Of a stretch of 64,000 nucleotides of DNA, positions 45,444 to 54,532 are shown piece after piece (the stretch's first letter is position 1; every line of letters begins with the position of its first letter). Source of the DNA: Planctomycetota bacterium (GTDB taxonomy: Bacteria; Planctomycetota; UBA1135; UBA2386); NCBI GenBank assembly GCA_965223545.1, contig OZ245006.1, positions 2,304,001 to 2,368,000 of the forward strand. The letters are read 5' to 3'. Position numbers and translations under genes: made by a program. The notes below the pieces were generated by a model. The model did no database searches. It was not told where the DNA came from and saw only the letters and a list, made by a program, of their open reading frames with translations.

Positions 45444-47882
45444 CTAGCTCAACAGCTGATGCTTTGTTTTCGCGTCTAGCGCATCAGAACTCCCTGTGCG
45501 AAAAATTTGGACGGCCCCCTGATAAGCTTCAAGTGCTTTGGCAAGGAACTCCTTGCCAACATCACCCTCGGTCCTGTTGCCAAGAACGCGAAGCGTGTTC
45601 CCCAAGTTGGTTTGCGTCATCGCCCACTTCCTCGGGAGATCACTCCGAGTCCTGACCTCTAGGGAAGCTTCGTAGGCGTCTACGGCTTGTGAAAGGAATT
45701 GCCGCCCCTCTTCCCCCTTACTGCCCACGCCCAACATGTGCAGTGCTATACCGAGGTTGTTCTGAGTTGCAGCCCAATCCTGAGGCAGATCATTCCTGGT
45801 GCGAACCCGAACCAACTGCCTATAAGCAGTGACGGCTTGATGGAGCAATTTCCGCCCCTCCTCTCCCTCAGTTCGTCTACCCAGCTCGGTAAGCGCGATG
45901 GCCAGGTTGTTTTGGGTTGCAGCCCAATCTTGGGGGAGGTGTTCTCGGGTTCGGACTTGGAGAACGTGCCGATACGCGACGACGGCTTGAGCGAGCAGCT
46001 CTTTGCCTTTCACGCCAATAGACTCGCTTCCGAGGACCCTAAAAACCGCACCCAGATTGCTCTGAGTCCTCGCCCAATCTTGCGGGAAGCGTTCCCGAGT
46101 TCTCACCTCTAGGGCACTTCGGTAGGCCGCGATCGCTTCAGAAAGAAGCGTGCGCCGCTCATCTCCACTTGCTCGGATCCCCTGCTCAGTCAAAGCGACG
46201 GCCAAGTTGCCCTGCGCATCCGCCCATCTCAGAGGGGCGTCCTCACGTTCAAGAACTTCCAGAGCACTGCGGCTAGCCGCAACGGCCTTACCCAGAAGCA
46301 AGCGACCCTCATCACCTGCAGCTCGCCGGCCTTGACACATCAACGCGTTACCGAGAGTGTATTGTGCAGTGGCCCATCCCTGTGGGAAACGCTTTCTAGT
46401 AAGAACCTCTAACGCACTTTCGTAAGCGCTAACTGACTCGGCGAGAAAATTTCTCCCTTTGCGTCCGGCCGTTCGTACTCCTTTCGCACAGAGCGCAACA
46501 CCCAGGTTCACAGAGATAGACGCCCAACTTTCCGGATACAACTCGCGGCGAAACACCTCGAGAGAGTTGCGGAAGGCCGCAACAGCTTGCGCAAGGAGCT
46601 CGTTTCCCTGTTCTCCACGGGTCCGACTGCCCTGCGAAACTAACGCGCTGCCGAGGTTGCTCTGAGCAGCCGCCCAGTCTTGCGAATGCTGTTCGCGCGT
46701 CACAACTTCGAGCCCCAGTCGCAGTGCATGGATTGCTTCTCGTAGTTTGGTGACGCTTACCGCGCCCTCGGAGGCTAGCGCGCTATTCTTGAGCGCGGTG
46801 CCAAGCAAAAACTGTATCATGGCCCAATCACTCGGTTCTTCCGCTCTCGGCGTTAGCGCCAATGCATTCTCGAGCGAGGCTACTGCGAGATGCGCCAAAT
46901 CATCTGCCAACAGCGCCTGGCTCTCTAGAACCCAAGCCTTGCGCTCCTCATCACGAGCAGCCTGCGTTTCCACGGCAGCGCGTCGTGCGAGCCCCTCTGC
47001 CGCGTGTCGCCGGTTCCGTGCACTCTGCGCTGCCAGCGCTGCATGCTCCGCGGAACTCGAGAACTGTCTTTGCGCAAAATGCGCAAGAGCTCGGTCCATG
47101 GAACTAGCGGTTGGGTCATTATTAGTGGCAGCAACAAAGAGAGCGAACCCTGCCCTCAAATCGCTTTCGGATAACGCGTTACGCTCAGCAACGACAGCTA
47201 CGGCGCGATCGAAAAGCTCGTCGCCCGTCATCTCAAGAGCTGCCATCTCTGTTTGCTGGAGAACGTAAACACTGGCTACCGAGCCGATGTACCGCCGCTG
47301 CCGATCCAGCTCCAGTTCAACACGAGCGAATCGCTGCGCCGTGACCCGGCTGTCCCACCAAAGCCCGATACCGAGCCCGGTAACTGACAGAACGCCAGCG
47401 ATCACCACAAACTTGAGCCTAGCGAATGGAAGCTGGAAGAACTCGGCGACGACTCTTGGATGTCTTTTGACCCGTTCGTCGAGCTCGGAACCACACCAGA
47501 ACCGGCAGTCGAACTTTCCGGCCACCCTGCTTCGAACTCGACTGCGGGTGTCAGCCGATACCGTGCCGCTAACTATCAAAGCGTACACCTCCGGCATTTC
47601 TTCCAAAGGCAGGCTAAAGACCCTTTCCAGTTCCCGTTCAGCGTCTCGGGGTCCGAAGGTCGAGACCCGCTTGCACTGAAAGACCCATCTTCGTCCCTCC
47701 ACAGTAGCCACGATGTCCCGTCCTCCGTCACGCCCTGCAGCTCCGAAATGTTGCGCGTTCTCAAAGCCTTCTAACTGCACCAGCCAAAGACAGAGACGCT
47801 CGAACTCACTTGGTGACAGCTTCTCGAACGGTAGGGAATGCGAGGTTCCAGTCGCCGGAGGCTTCCCACGGAGGCGTTTCAC
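45444..47882 (-). CDS. Mrr-like PD-(D/E)xK restriction endonuclease domain + TM helix + TPR array
   Basis: LSPSEFERLC...GRDGGRDIVA...VFQCKR; TM FVVIAGVLSVTGLGIGLWW; about nine repeats like PQDWAATQNNLAIAL...AVxAYRxALEVRTRE. Likely GTG start 47882. Confidence 0.85.
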   Translation of the reverse strand: MKRLRGKPPATGTSHSLPFEKLSPSEFERLCLWLVQLEGFENAQHFGAAGRDGGRDIVATVEGRRWVFQCKRVSTFGPRDAERELERVFSLPLEEMPEVYALIVSGTVSADTRSRVRSRVAGKFDCRFWCGSELDERVKRHPRVVAEFFQLPFARLKFVVIAGVLSVTGLGIGLWWDSRVTAQRFARVELELDRQRRYIGSVASVYVLQQTEMAALEMTGDELFDRAVAVVAERNALSESDLRAGFALFVAATNNDPTASSMDRALAHFAQRQFSSSAEHAALAAQSARNRRHAAEGLARRAAVETQAARDEERKAWVLESQALLADDLAHLAVASLENALALTPRAEEPSDWAMIQFLLGTALKNSALASEGAVSVTKLREAIHALRLGLEVVTREQHSQDWAAAQSNLGSALVSQGSRTRGEQGNELLAQAVAAFRNSLEVFRRELYPESWASISVNLGVALCAKGVRTAGRKGRNFLAESVSAYESALEVLTRKRFPQGWATAQYTLGNALMCQGRRAAGDEGRLLLGKAVAASRSALEVLEREDAPLRWADAQGNLAVALTEQGIRASGDERRTLLSEAIAAYRSALEVRTRERFPQDWARTQSNLGAVFRVLGSESIGVKGKELLAQAVVAYRHVLQVRTREHLPQDWAATQNNLAIALTELGRRTEGEEGRKLLHQAVTAYRQLVRVRTRNDLPQDWAATQNNLGIALHMLGVGSKGEEGRQFLSQAVDAYEASLEVRTRSDLPRKWAMTQTNLGNTLRVLGNRTEGDVGKEFLAKALEAYQGAVQIFRTGSSDALDAKTKHQLLS

Positions 47883-48188
47883 AAGCGAACAACATAACAG
47901 GAACTCGCTCGCCGCGTACCACCAACGGCACACCAATCCGAGAATTCGCCTTGGCGAGCAGCCGTGACAATCAGTGATGACCGGGTCGTCAAGCCCCTTC
48001 AAGCGCCATCCAAGACTCCGAGCATCTTTCTGTCACCCGACGACCACAGGTGGTGCGGTACCGAAAATGCGGACCCCGTGCACGCCAAGTCCATGGCAGC
48101 GTCTCTGGTTGACTGTCTTGGCACGGGGTTCAAGTGGAAACGGGGAGCGCCAAGATGCGAGAGGATGCGCGCCTGACGTGACCTCGCC

Positions 48189-48285
48189 CGTCACCCCGTA
48201 GCTTCGTCCCCGTCGGTGTCGGCCGCACCGTCGGTGAGCGAAGCGTTCGGGCCGGCGCCGAGGGGGACGAAGCTACGGGGTGGCG
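48189..48285 (+). repeat. 97-nt T-shaped inverted repeat (36-bp stem capped by two mini-hairpins)
   Basis: 48189-48224 pairs with 48250-48285 (32 WC, 3 G-U, 1 mismatch); the loop holds CACC-GTC-GGTG and CGAA-GCG-TTCG. Confidence 0.85.
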
Positions 48286-48752
48286 CACCCCGATAGCTTT
48301 CGAGCCCGAGGTCGAGGTCGTTCTCGATCAGCCACGCCCCGGGACAGACCTTGGTCAATCAAGTGCGCCCGCACTCTCTCCAAGGCCAAGGGGCCGAAGT
48401 CCTTGGCCGGCATCTTCCCGCAGGTCTCCATGAGCGGCCTGAGGGCCAGCTTGATGCGTAGCAGTGCGTGCTGCTTTGCTACGTCGTCGACTGCGTGGAG
48501 TGGTTCGACGTAGTCCAGGTAGCGATCGATCAGATCGTTGACGCGAAGGCGACTACTCTCGACCTCGGGGTGCTTCGGTGGTTCGCGCCTCCCGTTCTCT
48601 TCCCACTCCTGGATCAGCCGGACGTACTTCGCCCGGCTCTCCGGAGTGCCGTGCACGCCGAGGTAGAAGTCCTTCCCGGAGAGCGTGACCCGAGCCTGAC
48701 CGCTTGCGTCGTGCAGACGGTAGCTCGGCACTTGGGTTCGTTTCTTGCTCAC
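48273..48752 (-). pseudogene. Truncated tyrosine integrase (arm- and core-binding parts only)
   Basis: MSKKRTQVPSYRLHDASGQARVTLSGKDFYLGVHGTPESRAKYVRLIQEW...DFGPLALERVRAHLIDQGLSR, then ends without a catalytic domain; adjacent to the tRNA 3' end. Confidence 0.85.
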
Positions 48753-48859
48753 GATTCGAACGGCAGCTTGCTGGTAGTGGACTACCCAAAACCAGGCTTC
48801 AGCGGCCGCCCAGCTCGAGAGCTGGTTCGCGCAAGTGCGTGATCGGCAAGTAGATAAAC

Positions 48860-48936
48860 TGGTCGGAGCGACTGGATTTGAACCAGCGACCCCTACAACC
48901 CCATTGTAGTGCGCTACCAGGCTGCGCCACGCTCCG
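48860..48936 (-). tRNA. tRNA-Pro(GGG)
   Basis: CGGAGCG-TG-GCGC-AGCCTGGTA-GCGC-A-CTACA-ATGGGGT-TGTAG-GGGTC-GCTGG-TTCAAAT-CCAGT-CGCTCCG-A-CCA; C1-G72, A73. Confidence 0.97.
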
Positions 48937-49066
48937 ACCGGGGGTGGGCCCCGCGAGGGGCCCGATTTGGGGACGAGTAGCCTAGCCACCCCACGCCCCG
49001 CCGCAAGCACCCGCGCAAGAACGCTCCGGGGCTCAGCGCGACCGTCCGGCCCGCGCCCCACCCCCT

Positions 49067-51313
49067 TTAGAGCATCGCGACCGGATCCACATCCAGCGTC
49101 ACCCGCAAGCTCCGCGTCGCCCGGTCCTCCACCGTGCGCAGCACGTCCATCGTTTCGGTGAACGCCTGCTCGGTGAAGCACTTGGTCAGGGTGTGCCAGC
49201 GGAAGCGGTCCTTGATGCGGGCAACGACCGCGGGGGCGGGGCCGAGTGTGCGGCGGCCTTCGCCGTCGGGCAGGTCGGCGCGGACCGCGCGGGCGCAGGT
49301 GTGGACCTCGGCCTCGCGCGGCGACTCGTAGAGGACGCGGATCAGGCGGCTGAAGGGGGGGTAGCCGGCGTCGCGGCGGTAGCGCAGCTCGCGCTGGACG
49401 AAGGACTCGAAGTCGGTGCGGGCGGCGGCGGCGACGGCGTAGTTCTCGGGGCACAGGGACTGGAAGACCACGACGCCGGGCTTGGCGGCGCGGCCGGCGC
49501 GGCCGGCGACCTGGTAGAGCAGCTGGAAGGTGCGCTCGGCGGCGCGGAAATCGGGCATGAACAGGCCGGTGTCGGCGGAGACGACGCCGACCAGGGTCAC
49601 GTCGGGGAAGTCGTGGCCCTTGGCGATCATCTGGGTGCCGACCAGAACGTCGATCTGGCGCTTGCGGAACGCGCCGAGGACGCGGTTGACCGCGCCGCGC
49701 TCGGCCATGGTGTCGGCGTCCATGCGGGCGACGACCGCTTCGGGGAACAGCTGCTGGACGGCAGCGGCGAGGCGCTCGGTGCCGGCGCCGAGCTCGTGGA
49801 AGCCAGCGTGCTCGCAGACGTCGCACAGCTCGGGGCGGCGGCGTTCCTCGCAGCAGTAGTGGCAGACGAGCCGACCGCGGCGGCGGTGGAAGGTCATCGC
49901 GACGTCACAGCGCTGGCATTTGACGGCGGCGCCGCAGCCGGGGCAGATCAGGGCGGGGGCGAAGCCGCGGCGATTCAAGAACAGCAGCACCTGGTCGCGC
50001 GCCTGTAGGCGCTCGCGCATCATCACCTGCAGCGTGCGGGACAGACGCACGCCGTCGATCTGCGCTTCGCGCCCCTCGACGCGCAGGTCCTCGACCACGA
50101 TCCGCGGCAGGGTGCCCTGGCCGGCGCGACTCGGCAGCTCGACCAGCTCGTAGACCCCGCGCTTGGCACGGCCGTAGCTCTCCAGCGTCGGCGTCGCCGA
50201 GCCGAGCACGACGACCGCGCCCTCGATCCGCGCCCGCTCGACCGCCATCTCCCGCGCGTGGTAGCGCGGCGTGCTGTCCTGCTTGAACGAACCGTCGTGC
50301 TCCTCGTCGACGACGATCAGACCGAGGTCGCGCACCGGCGCGAACAGCGCCGAGCGCGCGCCGATCGCGATGCGCGCCTGTCCGCGCAGCAGCCGATGCC
50401 ACTGCCGGCCGCGCTGCGCCTCGGTGAGGCCCGAGTGCAGCACCGCGACATCATCGAAGCGGGACGCGAAGCGCCCCACGGTCTGCGGCGTCAACGAGAT
50501 CTCGGGGACCAACACGATCGCCGACCGATCGCGCTGGCGCACCGCCTCGAGCACGCGCAGGTAGACCTCGGTCTTGCCGCTGCCGGTGACTCCGTGCAGC
50601 AAGAACGGGCGCGCACCACCCTGCAAGCCGGCGACGATGGTGTCGACGGCGCGCCGCTGGTCCGCGTTGAGGTCGACGTCGGCAGCCGCCATGCTGGCAT
50701 CCGGCTGCCAATCATCGCCCTCCTCATCGAGCAGCACCCGCCGCAGCAGGCCCTGCTTGACCAGCGTCTTCCACGGGCTGTCGCTGGTCTGCGTCCGCCG
50801 GCGCACCGCGTTCAGCGGAGCGGGACCGCCGTACTCGAGCACGGTGCGCAACACCCGCGAGCGCGAGGAGAAGCGCTCCTCCAGCTCGAGCACCGCCTGC
50901 TGCGCCAGCTCCGGCGGCGTCGCCAGCTCCAGGTGCGGCACCTTCTTGACGCCACGGCGCTTGGCCGCCGCCGGCAACGCCGCGTCCAGCGCCTCGCCCA
51001 GGCTGCAGCCGTAGTCCGCGGCGATCCGCTCGGCGAGGGCGAGCACCGCCGGCGGCAGGACCATGGCGGGGTCCAGCACGCGCTCGACGGCGCGCACCTT
51101 CTCCGCCGGCAGCGCGCAGGTCTCCTGGACCGCCACCACGACCCCGGGCAGCGCTCGACCCCGGAACGGCACCCGCACCCGGTTGCCGACCCGCGCCCGC
51201 ATGCCGGCCGGCACGGCGTAGGTGAACGTCGTCCGCAGCGGCAACTTCAGCGCCACCTCGACGAAGGCACCGGCGCGGTCGCCGGGCTGCACCACCGGTT
51301 CTGGGGTCGACAT
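49067..51313 (-). CDS. priA: Primosomal protein N' helicase
   Basis: GVTGSGKTEVY, VPEISLTPQ, DEEH, GSATP, LNRRG, CxxC pairs, GTQMIAKGHDFP, QVAGRAGR. Confidence 0.97.
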   Translation of the reverse strand: MSTPEPVVQPGDRAGAFVEVALKLPLRTTFTYAVPAGMRARVGNRVRVPFRGRALPGVVVAVQETCALPAEKVRAVERVLDPAMVLPPAVLALAERIAADYGCSLGEALDAALPAAAKRRGVKKVPHLELATPPELAQQAVLELEERFSSRSRVLRTVLEYGGPAPLNAVRRRTQTSDSPWKTLVKQGLLRRVLLDEEGDDWQPDASMAAADVDLNADQRRAVDTIVAGLQGGARPFLLHGVTGSGKTEVYLRVLEAVRQRDRSAIVLVPEISLTPQTVGRFASRFDDVAVLHSGLTEAQRGRQWHRLLRGQARIAIGARSALFAPVRDLGLIVVDEEHDGSFKQDSTPRYHAREMAVERARIEGAVVVLGSATPTLESYGRAKRGVYELVELPSRAGQGTLPRIVVEDLRVEGREAQIDGVRLSRTLQVMMRERLQARDQVLLFLNRRGFAPALICPGCGAAVKCQRCDVAMTFHRRRGRLVCHYCCEERRRPELCDVCEHAGFHELGAGTERLAAAVQQLFPEAVVARMDADTMAERGAVNRVLGAFRKRQIDVLVGTQMIAKGHDFPDVTLVGVVSADTGLFMPDFRAAERTFQLLYQVAGRAGRAAKPGVVVFQSLCPENYAVAAAARTDFESFVQRELRYRRDAGYPPFSRLIRVLYESPREAEVHTCARAVRADLPDGEGRRTLGPAPAVVARIKDRFRWHTLTKCFTEQAFTETMDVLRTVEDRATRSLRVTLDVDPVAML

Positions 51314-51543
51314 GCGGATCCACGGAGCACCCGGTCCTGCGGGCGCCTGGGCCCTCGGATCAAACGGCCCCGCCACCGACTCGGCAAAGCTCCATCCACA
51401 AGAAGTGCGGCGCGGGAGCCACTTCATTGGAACCGGAGAGCCACGAAACCGGCCGCCAACCACCCCACAAAAATGATTTGCCGGCCAAGGGGGCTCGGAG
51501 CAACCTCAAGGGAGGTTGCGCACAGGCCCGATATCCGCCCTGG

Positions 51544-53430
51544 GTGAGCATTCGCAAAAAGATCCTCGCCGCCGTCATTGCAGGCGCAGCGATGCAGTGT
51601 GCGATTCTGTACGTCACGAATCGCCAGGGGGCGACGCTGCAGGCCGACGCCGAGGCGCGCGCGCAGCTGCACTGGCTGCGGGGCCGGGTCCTGCATCTCG
51701 CGCTGATGTCGACCCAACTGCGCGAGGGCCAAGACGTCGCCAGCACGATCGAGCAGACCGTCACCGCGGTGTCCAACGAAATCGACATCCTGGCGGCAAC
51801 GGCCGAACGGACCGGCGGACCGGAGATCGGGACCGACGCCGACGAAGCGGGCTACCAGTTGGCCGAGCGGTGGCACGCGTTCGCCAACCCCACCCGGCGC
51901 CTCGCCGAAGACGTCGCCAAGGCAGAGGCCGCCGATCAGCTCACGGCCTACAGCTTCAGCCCCTGGCTCGCGTCGCTGTCGCACCTCGAGGGGACGGTCA
52001 GCGAGCTGGCCGATCAAGGCGACATCGATCTGGACACGACCCGCAGCCAGCTCTCCGTCGTGACCCAGGCCCGCGACGTGACCACTTCGCTGCGCGGGGC
52101 GATCCTGCGGCATCAGAACATCCCCGTCGGTGGCGACCGCGGCGGCGCCGCACGCGAAGTCGACGTGTGGTACGAAATCGGACGCGACGCGCTGAACTCG
52201 ATCATCGAGGGTTCTTTCGAACTCGAGATCGAAGCCGCCGCCGACCCGGCGGTGATCGAGGCCGTCAACAACTGCGTGGCCAAGCTCGACAAGCTGGAGG
52301 CGAGCTGGCGTTCCCTGGTGGCGGCCACGCGGGTCCTGGACACGACGCAGCGCGCGCACGGGGATGCCCTACAACGGCTGATCAGCAACGTCGACCGGGC
52401 CATCGACGACAGCAACACGGCGTCGGCGGACCGCCTGGCCGACAGCCAGTCGACCCAGGTCGCCCTGGTCACCGGCGGGATCGCGGCCACTCTTCTGCTG
52501 CTGTGGTTCGTGTCCGCCCGCGTGATCCGCCCGGTCCGGGTCGCGCTGATCGCGGTGCGCGAGTCGGCCAACGATCTGTCGGAGGCCGCGCGCGGGATCG
52601 AAGAGATGGCCAATGCGCTGGCCGCCGGCGCCGCCAACGCCGCCGAGAGCACCGACCACGTCACGAGCTGCGCGGAGGAGGTCGGCCGCGACTTGACCCA
52701 GGTCGGCGCTTCCACGTCGCGCATGACGCACGACATCACCGGCGTCTCGGCGGCGGTCGAGCAGGCGACGGCGACGGTCACCGACATTGCCGGCCTCGCC
52801 GACCGCGGCTCGCAGCTCGCCAACAACGCCACCCAGCTCGCCGAGGAAGGCGGTCAGCGGGTCGCGCGCCTGGGCGAGGCGGCCACCGAGATCGAACGCG
52901 TGCTGGAGACGATCCGCGGCATCGCCGAGCACACCAACCTGCTGGCCCTCAACGCCACCATCGAGGCGGCGCGCAGCGGCGCGGCCGGCCGTGGATTCGC
53001 CGTAGTCGCGGCGGAGGTCAAGCGGCTGGCGGAGCAGGCCGCGGAGGCCACCGAGGACATCTGCACGCGGGTCGAGGGCATCCGCGCGTCGACCACCGAC
53101 ACGATCGACGTGATGACCGAGATCCACCAGGTCGTCGCCCGCGCCAACGAGGCGTCCACCGAGATCGCCAAGGCAGTCGGCGCGCACCGCGAAGTCGCGT
53201 CCAGCATCTCCAGTGATTTGGTCGCCACTTCGCAGGCGGCGACGTCGGTCGCCGAGTCGATCACCAACAGCGTCGCCCGCAGCCGCAGCATCGCCGACAG
53301 CGCTGCCGTCGTCGGCAACACGGTGGAGCAGACCACGCGCGAAGCCACGGGGGCGCGGCAAGCCTGCCGCGTACTGAACAACCTGGCGGCGCAGCTCGAC
53401 GACTTGGTCTCCGGCTTGCGCCAACTCTGA
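51544..53430 (+). CDS. Methyl-accepting chemotaxis protein
   Basis: Two TM segments; IAEHTNLLALNATIEAARSGAAGRGFAVVAAEVKRLAEQ signalling hairpin. Confidence 0.93.
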   Translation: MSIRKKILAAVIAGAAMQCAILYVTNRQGATLQADAEARAQLHWLRGRVLHLALMSTQLREGQDVASTIEQTVTAVSNEIDILAATAERTGGPEIGTDADEAGYQLAERWHAFANPTRRLAEDVAKAEAADQLTAYSFSPWLASLSHLEGTVSELADQGDIDLDTTRSQLSVVTQARDVTTSLRGAILRHQNIPVGGDRGGAAREVDVWYEIGRDALNSIIEGSFELEIEAAADPAVIEAVNNCVAKLDKLEASWRSLVAATRVLDTTQRAHGDALQRLISNVDRAIDDSNTASADRLADSQSTQVALVTGGIAATLLLLWFVSARVIRPVRVALIAVRESANDLSEAARGIEEMANALAAGAANAAESTDHVTSCAEEVGRDLTQVGASTSRMTHDITGVSAAVEQATATVTDIAGLADRGSQLANNATQLAEEGGQRVARLGEAATEIERVLETIRGIAEHTNLLALNATIEAARSGAAGRGFAVVAAEVKRLAEQAAEATEDICTRVEGIRASTTDTIDVMTEIHQVVARANEASTEIAKAVGAHREVASSISSDLVATSQAATSVAESITNSVARSRSIADSAAVVGNTVEQTTREATGARQACRVLNNLAAQLDDLVSGLRQL

Positions 53431-53438
53431 CCCGCCGC

Positions 53439-54230
53439 TCAGGCCGGCCGCAGCGGCTCGCTGTCGGCGGCCGCCCGCTCGACCTCGACCCCGGGAAGGG
53501 CGGCGCGCAACTGCGCGCACAGTCGCGGCAGGTAGCCCCGCTCGGTGTTGGAATGCTCGCACAGCACGACGCTGCAGCCGCGCGCCAGCGCGGCCAACAC
53601 GTCGTGGTGCCGCATCTCTCCGGTCCAGTACACGTCGGCGGCGACGCCGGCGAGGACACTGCCGCCAGCGCCTGCACAAAGCGCGATGTCTCGCACCGCC
53701 GCGCGGCGGTGGGCATCCGCGGTGGCGACTCGGACGGTACGCAGACCGAGATGCTCCTTGATGCGTCGCACCACGGTCGACAACCGCACGGGACGCTGGA
53801 GCCGGACTCGGCGCCCCTGCGCCGCACCGCTGGCCGGCTCGCCGACCGGCTGCAGGCCCTGCCGCTCACCGCGCCCGAGCCCATCGGCGAGCCAGTCGTT
53901 GACGCCGCCGGGCGCCGCATCGAGGGCAGTGTGCGGCGAGTAGACGGCGATGCCGGCGGTGACACAACCGAGCACCACGCGCTCGATTCCCGAGCCGCTG
54001 GTCAGCCGGCGCAGCCCGTCGAAGATCGGTGGGTGATAGGCGACCACCAGGTCGGCGCGCCGGGCCGCGGCTTCCTTCAACACCGCTTCGGTGAGGTCGA
54101 TCGCCACCAGCACGCGGTGCACGGTCCGGCGCCGCGGCGGCTCGACCAACAGCCCGACGTTGTCCCACTCCTCCGCCCACTCCAGCGGCGCCAACTGCTC
54201 GAGGGCGCGGACCGCGGCGCCGAGCCTCAC
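53439..54230 (-). CDS. Nif3-like dinuclear metal centre protein
   Basis: EEWDNVGLL, YHPPIF, YSPHTALD, TGEMRHH, EHSNTER. Confidence 0.93.
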   Translation of the reverse strand: MRLGAAVRALEQLAPLEWAEEWDNVGLLVEPPRRRTVHRVLVAIDLTEAVLKEAAARRADLVVAYHPPIFDGLRRLTSGSGIERVVLGCVTAGIAVYSPHTALDAAPGGVNDWLADGLGRGERQGLQPVGEPASGAAQGRRVRLQRPVRLSTVVRRIKEHLGLRTVRVATADAHRRAAVRDIALCAGAGGSVLAGVAADVYWTGEMRHHDVLAALARGCSVVLCEHSNTERGYLPRLCAQLRAALPGVEVERAAADSEPLRPA

Positions 54231-54532
54231 GCCGGCCCCCGCGCGGCCTTCGGACAAGCACACGGCGTGGCCTCACAACGCGGGCAACCGCGCGCGTACT
54301 TGGCCCGCCCCACCGCATCCAGATCGACCCCGTGCAGGGACGCCAGCGTCGCCAGCCACGCGTACACGTCGGCAAACTCCTCCTCGAGGTTGTCGCGCTC
54401 GCCGCGCCGGATCGCCCGCACCAGCTCGCCGACTTCTTCGACGAACCAGAGCGTGGTGCCGGCGATGCCGCGGGCCGCATCGCGCTCGAGGTAGATCGCC
54501 TCGATGCGTTGCTGGAACGAGGACTCGGCCAT
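54227..54532 (-). CDS. MazG-like nucleotide pyrophosphohydrolase
   Basis: EEVGEL...EEEFADVYAWLATLA; C-terminal CPRC...PCAC. Confidence 0.9.
   Translation of the reverse strand: MAESSFQQRIEAIYLERDAARGIAGTTLWFVEEVGELVRAIRRGERDNLEEEFADVYAWLATLASLHGVDLDAVGRAKYARGCPRCEATPCACPKAARGPA

Larger units (their letters stand above)
34043..48904. mobile_element. ~14.8-kb genomic island integrated at tRNA-Pro(GGG)
   Basis: Flanking 45-bp direct repeats; integrase remnant next to the tRNA; visibly lower-GC cargo; two IS elements. Confidence 0.88.

Noticed and set aside
48273..49826. 517-aa ORF in the track
   Set aside because: Spurious extension through a priA alternative frame and the tRNA; only 48273-48752 is integrase-like.
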